Part shown: piece after piece, positions 52,091 through 64,000 of the stretch
Position numbering within the stretch: position 1 is the stretch's first letter
Layout: every line of letters starts with the position of its first letter
Assembly: GCA_951406725.2 (NCBI GenBank)
Contig: OX597823.1
Location: 97,588,001-97,652,000 of the forward strand
Origin: Octopus vulgaris
Taxonomy: Eukaryota
DNA length: 64,000 nucleotides
Direction of reading: 5' to 3'
Made by a program: the position numbers and the translations under genes
The notes under the pieces: model-generated
Told to the model about the DNA's origin: nothing
Seen by the model: the letters and a program-made list of their open reading frames with translations, nothing else
Database searches by the model: none

Positions 52091-54169
52091 CATCTTTATA
52101 GGTGCTATATTTCACATCCACTTTCTCATGCTTTGAAGGGTTAGATGATACTTTACAACCACATACCCTTCCTGATGCCAACCCTTTTGGTTGCACCTTA
52201 CAACATGCAAGGATATTGTACTCACTTCTAACACCTCTGAGATTACAAAAACAGCCATTAACAATGACATTCTCGAACACCTTGAACCCCTCTCTGTCTG
52301 TCTATCTATCTCCTCACAGACTCAAATCCACAACAAAACTTCCTACCTATGGGCTCCATTCACCTTTCATCACTTGAATTAGTAGCTACCTATCAATGTA
52401 CAATCACATCATATATTGATGGAGCTCTTTCTGCCTCGCTCTCAAATCACTTTTAGTGTACCCAGGATTCAGTTTTCTTCCTCACTCCCTTTTATATGCA
52501 TCAACCAAGTAAACAGTTTACCCAACAATACCAACCCTTACACAGACTAGTTAGAGTAAGCATTCTTTCCTCCCAAGTTTTCTCCAACCACACACCAAAC
52601 CTGCATTGGTTTCATGAATAGAAAAAGTGGGGACCATGAGAGCAAGCAACTTTGAGTGTTACTTTTTAATAACAAAAAACTCAAGAAAACACCACTACAT
52701 CATACAACCTCGCTAAGCATGAGCAACACTCAGCTAAAATTCTAATGGCTACACTAAATCCTGGGAGTGAATATTATTGGGGATCTCCCTCGGGGAAAAC
52801 TCATCATTAACATTATTATAATTACATCTCAAAGACTGACCAGAAAATATTTCAGCTCCTAACAGTTGCTGACTCTCTACACAGTTCAAATGATGCTCAC
52901 AAGAGGATAGTACTATTGTTGTACATACTGACATCTTAAATTGATCACATGAGAAAGGCCACTTGACTTAGACCACTAACACACATACACTCCAGCCTCA
53001 CTGCATCCTATTCCCCTCACCCCACAATAACTACTATGTTCAGTCTTCTCTTCCTAGAACATAAACTCTCTGAAATCTTTTCCTTCATGTCTTTCCTGTA
53101 AGTGTCAACTTACAACAGTTTATATGGAGCATTAATGGCATCAAGCTCACTGGTCTCAGTGGCTCTTGAAAGGTCATACCATTGCTCATTCTTTCAAATT
53201 CAACACACACTCACACACACTATATCTAATATATAAATGATAATTTCTGTCTGTCTTCCTATTTGTTACTATCTTAGTACCTAGACCAGCAAACTAATAT
53301 TCATGAAACTTTGCATACATTTTACACTAACATCCAGTTCAATAATTGGCAAATTGGATTTCAATAAAAATCTACAATGTGTCCCCCATGGGCATTGGGT
53401 CAATTATATAAAATGAAAAGGTTGCAAAAAGTATTAGTATAAGGGAAAGGTAGTAACAGAGAGAGGGTGACATATCAGTGACGGCGAGAACAGCAGTGGC
53501 AATGGGACAATAACAATAATACAGCTGTCATAAACACACGACACTGCACACATACTTCCATAAATATATAGATACAAGGCACAAACACACAGAAAGGTGG
53601 GTATGAGGAATACGTAACTTTAAGGAGAGGGGGTAGGTAGCTTTTCTGCTATCCATCGCAAAGAAACGCTCACACACACAAACATACATACATATACTTG
53701 TCTACTATACACCATTTTAAATTCATGATTACCTGTGTGTACATTTGTAAACATGTGTCATGTTCTATAACTCTCTGTCTCTCTACTTTTGTAGGGTCTT
53801 CCCTATTGCTGTTACATGTTGTGAGATTTTAAAATTACATCAAAATTTCCAAATTTGTTATATTGAAATAATTTTATATGTTAAATCCAATTTTGTTATT
53901 TAATTGTTCCAGAAAAATTGCAGTAAAATGTTACTGAGGTTTAAAGTTTAATCAATTTTACTTAATCAGAAAACAGGATTTGGAAGCTGGCATTTCCTGC
54001 ATGATAGCTGTCTATCATGAAATGAAAACAAAATCATTAGGAGGAGGAAAGTAAAGCATTATGACAACCACAGTTGTAAGAACTTCTGAAGTTTTAATGA
54101 ATAAAGTCATGTGAAATGGTTGAACAGACATGTAAATGATTTAAAAAGGAAAAAAATCCTCAACTGAAC

Positions 54170-54860
54170 GTCTGTAGATCTTTTCTCACTGCTTCATCCC
54201 ATATCTTCCAGGATCTACCCCTTCCATATGCTCTCTCTACAATTAGAGATCAGTACGTCTTGATGCAACTGTCTCCATTCATATGCATTACATGGCCATA
54301 CCAGTGCAGTCTTCTCTCTTGCACACTACATCTGATGCTACAGATATCCAATTTTTCTCTCAAATCACTTACACTCTGTCAAATATGCACACTGATATTA
54401 CCCATTCAGCAAAACATACTGGTTTCATTTCTTTCAAGTCTTTGCATATCCTCAATAATCACAGCCCATGCTTCACTACCATGCAGCATAGCTGTTTGTA
54501 CACAGGCATCATATAATCTGCCTTTCACTTTGAGGGAGAGGATCTTCATTACCAACAGAGGTAGTAGCTCTCTGAACTTTGCCCAGCCTGTTCTTATTCT
54601 AGCAACTATGCTTTTGAAACAACCACCCCAACTTCTAACCTGGTTTCCTAAGTAACTGTCAACTACTTCAAGGGCTCCCCCTGACATATGAAGAAGTCTA
54701 TTCTTTATGCATTCCTGGTGTTTAATGTCCCTGCACATCTGCCACATGTAAAGACTACCTTCTCCATTAGTTGCCCAGTGATACCGCTGCACCTCTTATG
54801 TGTCCATAGCTTGCATTGAGTACACCATATGGGGTTTCTTCCAACACCAGGAAGGCTGTA
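54170..54860 (-). mobile_element. RTE-clade LINE ORF C-terminal fragment
   Basis: CTQCKLWTHKRCSGI..FTCGRC; RIRTGWAKFRELLPLL..KGRLYDACVQTAMLHGSEAW; LHWYGHVM. Confidence 0.85.
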
Positions 54861-54939
54861 ATTCCAAAAATAAACTAACTTTGGCAATGACAACCCATCC
54901 AACCCTTACCAGTAAGGAAAGTGGATATAAAAGGATTTG

Positions 54940-55250
54940 GTCTGCAAGTGCCACATGAAAGCACCTATGCTGGCAGTATGTAAAAAGCTCCAGTGCCAAC
55001 ATCACGTAATAGCACCCATGCCAGCGCCACATTATTGCACACATGCCAGTGCCACATAACAGCTCCTGTGCTGGTGTCAAGTAAGAAGAACCCAGCACAC
55101 TCTGTGAAGTGGTTGGTGTTAGGAAGGGCATCCAGCCAGAGAAACCAGACAAAATCAGACTGAAACCTGGTGCAGCTCTCTTGCTTGCCAGCTCTGGTCA
55201 AATTGTCAAACTCATGCCAGCATGGAAAACAGACGTATTATGATGATGAG
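54940..55250 (+). mobile_element. SINE-like family C, diverged
   Basis: Family C motifs and tail. Confidence 0.7.
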
Positions 55251-57669
55251 GAGGAGGATTATATGTATGTGCGTGCAGCACTATGATATTTAAAGCTTTC
55301 TCATAACATACACATTGATTAGATTTGCTTGGGTCATGCTGAAAACAACTTGCTGCTTCCACATATAGGCATATAACAATAAGAAAACAATGTATAAAGC
55401 TTTATACATAACAACTCCTTCAGATAAGATTTTTCAGCAGATTAATTTCTAAGAAAAACTGTGGAAAATACCATGAAAAAATCCTTGTGATACATTTCAA
55501 AACTAGTGATTAGTGAATCAAAATGTGTTTAGCATTTGTGATAAACTGGTTTTATCTTTGGGTGTGGCTTATGATTGATGATATAAATAGCACATACTAT
55601 CTGTTGCCTGTCTCAAACTAAGTGAATGTTGTTCATTGTAGAAGAAGTTGTGTTTTGTAGTTAAATTTGGATTCTGTCATTGCTTATTTTGAAGGTAATG
55701 GGACTTGGCTCATGCTAGTTGTAAATCAACAATAAGTCAACTCAGGGTTTATGTTGTGCACTGGTACACATACAGAGACATGCATACATTATGTATGTCT
55801 CTTTACATATATAGACATCCACATATCTGCATGTATTCATATATATATATATATATATATTCTTTCACAGACACATATTCATAAACAAATACAAAATTAT
55901 ATAAAATGAACTACGTGAAATAAATGGGAGAAAGGCATGAATTTGGATGAATTAAAAGGTGCTTCTGTACTTTCCATTGGCCCTTTTCAGTTGTTAGACT
56001 CATTTTTGCAATTATGTAAATGGTACTAGCCTAACATTATTCCTACCATTTTTTTTCCATATGTAAAAGTCTTCATAACTGATTAACAAGATTTTAATAA
56101 AGTATACTTCATTGATGAGGTTTAATAAACTGAAATATGTCCACAGCTGTCCCTTGCCTGCATACAAACAACAGACTTTTAGATCAGTTCAAATATGTGA
56201 GGGACATTTGACCAGCACAAAGATCATATTTGCTGCTAATTTTCCAAGGAGAACCTTTCTCACTTTTGGCAATAAGTATTGAAAAACACCAACAGTAATT
56301 TCAAGGAATCCTCTCTTGACAAAACAGTGAATGCATTTCTATCTCCTTGACTATCATCAGCATTGTGTACTGCAAAAGAGACAACTCTGAAATGACTTTG
56401 AGAAACATTTGTTTCCTTGTAGTAAATGAGCATCAAAACACAAGCTGATCACATATGATGCTGGCCCCAGCCAAATAAAATATTGCAGTGGGTGCGTGAA
56501 AGCAGTATTGTGAATAAACAAATATTCAGATTAGTTCAAATATGTGAGGAACATATTTGATCTGTACAGAGACTATCAGACGTTCCTTCTAAGTAGATAA
56601 ATTAACTTTGTAAGATTAATTCTTAAATGCTTGAAATTATTTGAAAGCCACTAACAGTTACTGTTGATTTTGCTTTTATTTTTCTCCATCTAAGACGGAT
56701 TGGTGATGAGTATTATTAGTTTCATGCCTAAAGCAGAAATCAGAGTATTTAATGATGTAAGAGATGTAGAGAATTCCTGGCAATAAAATTAATATAATTT
56801 CAATTACAGCTCACAATTATTTTCACATATATTTGTTAATGCTTATTTTGTTGTTGATTTCCCAGGAAGATTTAGTGGGGGAAGGAGTTATTGATAGACA
56901 TATACATAGACTAATACACTAAGTACAAACAGTTTACTAAGCAGAATAAATTATTTTGCCATGAGGAGCAAAAAAAACAAACGTTTGTCAGAACACTTTT
57001 TCAGGAGAACAATTTCCTATTTGCAGTGTGGAAGATGTTTATAAACACACAAAAACTGTTAGATTCAGTTTCTGCGTGTTTTGTTTCAGCACACGATCTC
57101 AGATCAGATCACTTGCTATGCAAGTACATCTCCGTAATTTCCTATTTAAGAGTAGTAAAATAGATTTCCTTCATTTTACTTCATTCTGTGGAACTAGGAG
57201 CTAATCAGTCACATTTGGTCATATTATGTAAGTTGAAGCATATATAAATATATATAGATAGATAGATAGATAAATTAAGACAACCATTGGTTTCATGTCA
57301 GGAAAGAAATCCCTTAACAATTATCAAGCTTGTCACATGGCACATTGCTGTTTGTCTCCATCTTGGATTAAAATTTTGGATACACAAACGAAGGAACAAC
57401 TTTTGAATTATTATCTCCCTTGCCTCAAATTTATATTAAATTCAATTTGATTCAAATTTTCTACATGTATGCAGGCACATCCACATACCTGCATTAATAC
57501 TTTAAATGTGTGCACTTACATTTGTATTTTTATGTATGTGCACCTGGTTGCAAAGTTTCATATGTGTATCACATATTTTGGTGTCAAACTTTTTAGTGTT
57601 GCTGTAATTGTGTATACTTTGTAAGTTTGTATATAAATTCATAAATGTGTATATATATATATTCAGTCT

Positions 57670-60150
57670 ATGGATCAGAGTGTCTAGAAAAGTACAGGGT
57701 CAGCAACATGAGTGCAAATAGGCAACAACTGCATGAGCTCTGTACATTCCATAGACTGTGTGTCACCAAAACCCACTTCCAGACCAAAGCTCTACACAGA
57801 GTTTCCTGGTGTCAACCTCACAGACCACTGGCCAGATCTGACCCAGGCAAGCAATGTATCAATGCTACAGCAACCCAGCAGTTAGCCAAGGCAGATGCAT
57901 TTCTTAGGTCACTGGAGGACACCCTCCAACAGGTAATGTTCAGTAGAGATGGGACACCATCCATGGCACTGCATTGAGGGCCTTTGTGGGGAGAATGACA
58001 CAGGACTAGTTTAGGCAAGCACAAATGAGTTCAATGCATTTATGGAGAAGCACATTGCCCTGTTGAAGCACAAACACCAACCCACTGGGGTAATGTTGTA
58101 ATCATTGAGATCAGCAAGGAACAATATGTAGAAGACAGCGAGACACAGTGCAAATGACTACTGGTTACAACTATGCAAAGATATCCAACAGTCATCTGAC
58201 ACAGGTAACATTCACACAATGTGTGAGGGCATCTAGAAAGCCATTGGCCTAACCCAGAGCAAGATAGCTCCACTCAAATTTATAACAGAGGAAATCATCA
58301 AGGGCAAAAGAGAAGAGTTGGAGGGATGGATGGAACATTATTTCAAATTCTACACCAAGGAAAATAACATCCTGGGCAGCACACTAGACACTGTGGAATA
58401 CCTATCCATCACAGAGGAGCCGGATGCACTGTCAACTGCTGAAGAACCAAGTAGAGCCATTGATGGTTTGCTCACTGGAAAGACATCAGGATCAGACAGC
58501 ATCCCACCAGAGGTTGTTAGGTGTGCAAAGGGAGTTCTACTCAGCCACTTGTTGAAGCTACTGTGTCAGCGCTAGGTAGAGGGAACAGTCTCACAAGACA
58601 TAAGAGACTGTAACATTGTCACCCAATATAAGAATAAAGGGAACAGAAGCAACTACAATAGCTACCGAGGTATCTTGCTGCTAAGCATCATCGGGAAGGT
58701 CTTTACCCATGTGTTCCTGAACAGACTACAGAAAATTGTGGAGAGGGTATACCCTAAATTTCAGTGTAGTTTCAGGTCAGAATGCTCTGCTATCAACATG
58801 ATCTTTCTTCAACAGCTATAGAAGTGTTGAGAGCAAAGGCAATCACTCTACATCACCTTCAGTGACCTCATGAAGGTTTTTGACCTAGTAGAGACAGCCT
58901 GTTCCAAATCCTTGCCAAGATTGGCCATCCTCCAAGACTTCTCAGAATAGTCCAATTGTTTCATATAGATATGAAAAGTGCCATTCAATTTCATGGCTCT
59001 TCCTCTGAGGTGTTCAATATATGGAGTGGTGTGAAGCAGGGCTGTGGTGTCTTTCTCACAGTCATGCTGAAACACACATTCGGAACATCAACTAATGGTG
59101 TGTATCTCTACACCAGATCAGACAGGAAACTGTTTAATCTGTCAAGACTGAAAGCAAAATCCAGGTTTTGTCAGGAACTCAGACAAATGCTTTCCAGATG
59201 ATGCAGCACTGACAACACACGCAGAGGAGCAAATGCGGCACCTCATGAACAAACTCTCAAGGACCTACCAAGAATTCAGCCTGACCTTTAACCTAAAGAA
59301 AACCAATGTGCTGGGCCAAGGTGTCAAGTACTCCACTAACATCACCAACTACAAGTTGAAGATAGTCTACAAATTCACCCAACCCAGCTCTATCATCACT
59401 AATAACCTCTCTTTGGACTCCAAGATCAACAGGCAACTTGGACAAGAATCCTCCACATTTGCCAGGCTGACGAAGAGAAAACTGGCTAAAAACACCAAGA
59501 TTACTGTCTGCAAGGCATGCATCCTCAGCACACTACAGCAGTGAGACAAGGAACCTCTACTACAGACAGGAGCGGTGTCTCAACATCTTTCACCTTCATA
59601 GCCTGAGACACATTTTGGATACCAAATGAACCGACTGAGTCACCAACACTGAAGTTCTCAACTGCACCAAGATACTCAGCATATTCACCCTGCTCCAATA
59701 GCACTATCTGCGCTGGCTCAGTAATGTATATCATATGCTGGGGAGTATGCCAAAAGAACCCCTGTATGGGAAATTGGCCAGCATCACAAAAGCATGAGGA
59801 CAATCTCATCTTCATTTCAAGGATGTCTGTAAGAGAGATATGAAATCAATAGATCTGGATCCAGACATGAGAAGAAGTCACTGATGATCACCCATAATGG
59901 AGACAAGTACTATGCAAGGGTATGGAGCAAGAGGAAGAGAAACTGAAACTTGCCACCGAAGAAAAGCACACTCAAAGAAAGGAAGCTGCAGTAGTGTCAG
60001 TGGAGAGCATCCTCAAATACAGTCACTGCATACAAAACTGCCACACCTGTGTGGGCCTGTAGTCACAGCAGATGGTGTACTGCCATCAGTAGCTGACACA
60101 AAATTCTCCAGACACAGATCCATAGTCTTTCAAGACCAACAGATGTTGTA
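57670..60150 (+). mobile_element. Decayed RTE (BovB/RTE-1-like) LINE
   Basis: Endonuclease end TKTHFQTKALHRVSW. RT motifs GSDSIPPE, YRGILLLSIIGKVF, GVKQGC, DDAAL, LTFNLKKT. Multiple stops and frameshifts. Confidence 0.9.
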
Positions 60151-60151
60151 G

Positions 60152-60515
60152 ATATTAGCAATCTATATATCATACTTAAAACACACACATATTCTTTTAT
60201 ATGTTTCAGCCCTGAGGCTGTGGCCATGCTGGGGAACTGCCAGTATACTGTTGAAAGACTTCTAAACTGTGGTACATGTCTTGAGATATCGGCTCTTATA
60301 GACGTATAGTATTAAAAAATACCAAAATATATCAGCAGCAGACGAAATTAGTCCAGCAATGCCACCACTGCAGCTGGATGATTTTCATCTGCTTGCCGAT
60401 ATATTTCTGGTTGTTTTAAAACTATACGTCTACAATTAATGCTTTCTCAAGATGAACACCACAGTTTAGAAGGCTTATGTATATCCTTTAAGAATGATAC
60501 GCAGATTGCTGATAT
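60152..60515. repeat. Imperfect foldback element
   Basis: cttctaaactgtggt..tagacgtatagt..gtccagc pairs with gctggat..actatacgtcta..accacagtttagaag. Outer arms are 60152-60180 and 60487-60515. Confidence 0.8.
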
Positions 60516-60777
60516 GAACTAATACTACTTCTGTTGCTAATAATGAATATGCATATATGGCTGCATGGTAAGAAGTTTGCTTTCCAGCCACATAGTTATG
60601 GGTTCAGTTCCACTGTATGACACCATGGTTAAGTGCCTTCTACTATACCCCAGACCAACCAAAGCCTTGTGAGTGGATTTGGTAGACAAAGACTGAAAGA
60701 AGCCCATTGCATGTGTGTGTGTGTGTGATCATTAACTGAACTGTGTGGGGATGTGTGTTGTGTCTCCTCCCAACATA

Positions 60778-62089
60778 CAAGAGTTGGCTGAAAAGTTCAT
60801 AAACTGACCAAGATATTGTCCTGGAATGTAATCAAATGAAGTTTATTTTTCAACATAGTTCCCCTTGCAGTTCACACACTTCTTCCATTGGTGTTGCAGA
60901 GCTTGGGTCCCATTGCTGAAGCAGTTTTCATCCTGTTGATCAAAAAAAGTCATCAACAGCAGATATATACTATCATCAACACTGCAATACTGGTTCCTAC
61001 AAAGTGTTTTTTGATGTTGGGGAACAGATGATAGTCAGATGGGGCCACATCAGGAGAATAGAAAGGTTGATGAACCAGCTGCAAGCCACAGTCATGCACA
61101 GCAGCCATTGAAACCAAGGACTTGTGTGCTGGAGCACTGACCTGATGAAACAAGACCACTTTTGTCAGTTTTCCTGGGCATTTGATTGCGATAGCCTTTG
61201 ATAACTACCTCAGCAAATTGGCATAGTACTTCCCATTGATAGTGTGGCCCTTTTGAGGATAGTCAATAAACACAACGCCTTTTACATCCCAAAGATCTGA
61301 GCCCATCACCTTCCCTGCAGATGAAATGACCACGGCCTTCTTTGGAGCAGGTGAAGCAGGATTGTCACTTTGTCTCTGGTTCAAAGTGATGAATCCAACA
61401 CTTACCCTGGGTTGGGAATCATTCAAAGAAAACAGCCAGATCTGCCTCAAACGATGTCAGATTTTCCAGTGATGTGATCAGCCAAGTGTACTTTTGATCA
61501 GGTGTCCGAAGACATGGTACCCACTGAGTAGACACATTCATTATACCAAAGTTCATTGTACAGAATATTCTCACCTCTCTCATAGGATATGTTAACAGCA
61601 TTGGCTATTTGATTTATAGTCAATCACCTGTCATCCATCACTATGTGAACATGATCAATGTTAACCTCAATGGAGGAAGTTGCAGGACGTCAAGACCTCG
61701 GGTCGTCTTCAAGACTCTCCTCCCCCCCCCCCCCTCCTAAATTCAGCTGCCCACTTTTGCACTGTTAATGAAGCTTGAGCATCATCCCTTAATGAGCAAC
61801 CATGTCAGCATCAATGACGTTGGGCAGGGGGGGGGGAGGGCTAAACCTTCTTTCTGTAGACACTTGTTAACATCATGATGGCATAACAACATGATGCCAA
61901 ATTTTGTCCCTTTTCAAGAGAAGTTGCAACTAGATACTTTTGAAGTCGTCTATGAACAGTCAGATGTCAGTTTAGCTGGAAAAACATAATGCAGTTATTA
62001 ATAAGAAGTGATGAAATTAATGCAGGCAAGATTTCACAGCTCTAGCATCATTTCATTAGCCAGCCTATGAACTTTCCAGCCCACCCTCA
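60778..62089 (-). mobile_element. Near full-length degenerate mariner
   Basis: TIRs ta-caagagttggctgaaaagttcata / tatgaactttccagcccaccctca-ta. Motifs WVPCLRT, GKVMG..WDVKGVVFIDY, YSPDVAPSDYHLFPNIK. Confidence 0.92.
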
Positions 62090-62281
62090 TAGCATGATAG
62101 AAAATGACTGTCACTGTCATGCAAGCAAGATTAAATGTCTGAGCATGGCAAATATTATGCTGCTAAGAAACAGGTGAGGGTTAGCAACAAGAAGGGCATC
62201 CAGCTATACAAAATCTGCTTCAGTAAAATTTATTCAACCCATTCAAGCATGGACATTAAAATGATGGTGTGTGTATGTCTC

Positions 62282-62325
<44 letters not shown>

Positions 62326-62328
<3 letters not shown>

Positions 62329-62552
62329 GGTGTGATGGATAAATTGTTATCATTTTATATTTTTTATTTCGAGTATGCACATTGTTTTTGATTTTGTCAA
62401 CTACACAATAGTGATTTTCTTTAGTAAATTTACTCTTTAGTATTTCAAGATTTTTTTTTTTGCAACTTTGGTAAATATATCTGCTAAAATGAGATGTCAG
62501 TGTTGTTCTCATTTTTGCATAATTTAGACAACAGTTTATTCACCACACCCTA
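62326..62552 (+). mobile_element. Tc1/mariner-derived MITE in (TA)n
   Basis: TIRs cagggtgtgatggataaattgt / acagtttattcaccacacccta. The interior matches both ends of the element at 63271-64000. Confidence 0.8.
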
Positions 62553-62564
62553 TATATATATGAC

Positions 62565-63153
62565 TAGAGACTGAGACCTATGGAAGTATGCTGTGCGTGA
62601 GAAGATCCAGCAAGACCAGTGAGAACAGTCAAAATCAAACCAAATCAACATCAGTGGAAATTGCAGCTGTGGTTAAGCGAACCAACCAATCGTTTGTCCG
62701 TTGCCAGCCTCGCCTGGCCCCCGTGCCGTTGGCACATAAAAGCACCATCCACTCGTGTCCGTTGCCAGCCTCGCCTGGGCCCCGTGCCGTTGGCACGTAA
62801 AAGCACCATCCGTTCGTGTCCGTTGCCAGCCTCGCCTGGCCCCGTGCCGGTAGCACGTAAAAGCACCATCCGTTCGTGTCCGTTGCCAGCCTCACCTGGG
62901 CCCCGTGCCGGTGGCACGTAAAAACACCATCCGTTCGTGGCCGTTTCCCAGCTCTGTCTGGCACCTGTGCAGGTGGCACGTAAAAAGCACCCACTACACT
63001 CACGGAGTGGTTGGCGTTAGGAAGGGCATCCAGCCGTAGAAACACTGCCAAATCTGACTGGGCCTGATGAAGCCTTCCGGCTTCACAGACCCCAGTTAAA
63101 CAGTCCAACCCATGCTAGCATGGAAAACGGATGCTAAATGATGATGATGATGA

Positions 63154-63156
<3 letters not shown>
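62565..63156 (+). mobile_element. Young family C element with ~60-bp internal tandem repeats
   Basis: About four to five copies of ccgttgccagcctcgcctggccccgtgccggtggcacgtaaaagcaccatccgttcgtgt, CpG-rich, with a (GAT)n tail. Confidence 0.88.
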
Positions 63157-63203
<47 letters not shown>

Positions 63204-63225
63204 CAAGATATTTTAATGTAATTTT

Positions 63226-63270
<45 letters not shown>

Positions 63271-63273
<3 letters not shown>

Positions 63274-64000
63274 AAAATTACATTAAAATATCTTGAAATT
63301 CTAAAGAGTAAATTTATTCAATAAAATCGCCATTGGCTTCAAACATGGCCTACGGATGACTTCGAATCTCCTGCAACTCTTTTGGACAGTCTCTTTGTTT
63401 AGGTTGGTGAATGCTGCTATAATCCATGCCTTTAGTTCATCTTTGGTGTTACAAGTTTTGTTGGTCTTTCACTCAACTGTGACCCACACAAAATAAGGGG
63501 GTTGCAGTTTGGGGAATTAGGTGGCCAGATGTTAGGGGTGATGTGGTCACAGAAATACTGTCTGACAACTGCATTCTCCTGCTTGTGTGGCATGGTGCAG
63601 AGTCCTGTTGCCAGACATAGGGTCTTCCAGCAACCATCCTCTTGACCAAGGGCAGCACTACCTCCTCCAGGCACTTGAAGTAGGCCTCCACGTTGAGTCT
63701 GAGGCATAACATCACAATCACTAGTGATCACTCGACTGTTTGACTTTTATCACTCTCAGTACATGTCCTCAGATTGACACCCAAACATTCTGAAATGTTA
63801 ATATCGGATCTTCCGGCACAAATGCCAAGCAGTACAGCATGTTGTTTCCAAATTTCTGGCAGAGTGAATTGTATCATGTTGCTGTTTTTCTCACAGATGG
63901 TGCTCAGCTGACCCTACTATACTGTGTAATCAACAAAATCAAAAACATACAATGTGCACGTGCACAATTAAAAATATAAAATGGCGACAATATACCCATT
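63271..64000 (-). mobile_element. Internally deleted Tc1/mariner-superfamily transposon (maT/rosa-like), runs off the window
   Basis: YVWQQDSAPCHTS and WPPNSPNCNPL motifs. Its 5' end is the reverse complement of 62335-62410. Confidence 0.85.

Noticed and set aside
56180-56580. ~45-bp imperfect direct repeats around a possible piggyBac-like coding relic
   Set aside because: Similarity is too weak to call without a database search.

Overview
AT-rich, repeat-dense animal genomic DNA. The SINE families and microsatellites suggest an octopus or related coleoid cephalopod (inference). The only host gene I can support is Rab18, on the minus strand. Its coding exons 2-7 lie at 33094-33149, 23954-24015, 20612-20684, 16566-16684, 7000-7125 and 564-671, all with GT-AG boundaries and in frame. 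Exon 1 (P-loop) was not found and probably lies beyond 64000. The rest is intron, filled with tRNA-derived SINEs, RTE/CR1/HERO-type LINE fragments, mariner/Tc1, hAT and Helitron relics, a Penelope-like element, foldback hairpins and a 2.4-kb 22-mer minisatellite. Three signals stand out. (1) Two minimal hammerhead-ribozyme motifs at about 26.1 kb (+) and 27.2 kb (-, the Rab18 sense strand) sit near a Penelope-like RT/GIY-YIG relic; one lies in the centre of a foldback element that has a near-perfect relative at 1.4-1.65 kb. (2) A candidate 30-nt in-frame microexon (YVDSNGMSTA) follows the Rab18 G4 box. (3) An exact 59-bp non-TE duplication lies in the same intron. Nearly all long ORFs in the supplied track are artefacts. 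Repeat boundaries were read by eye and are approximate unless a TIR or TSD is cited.
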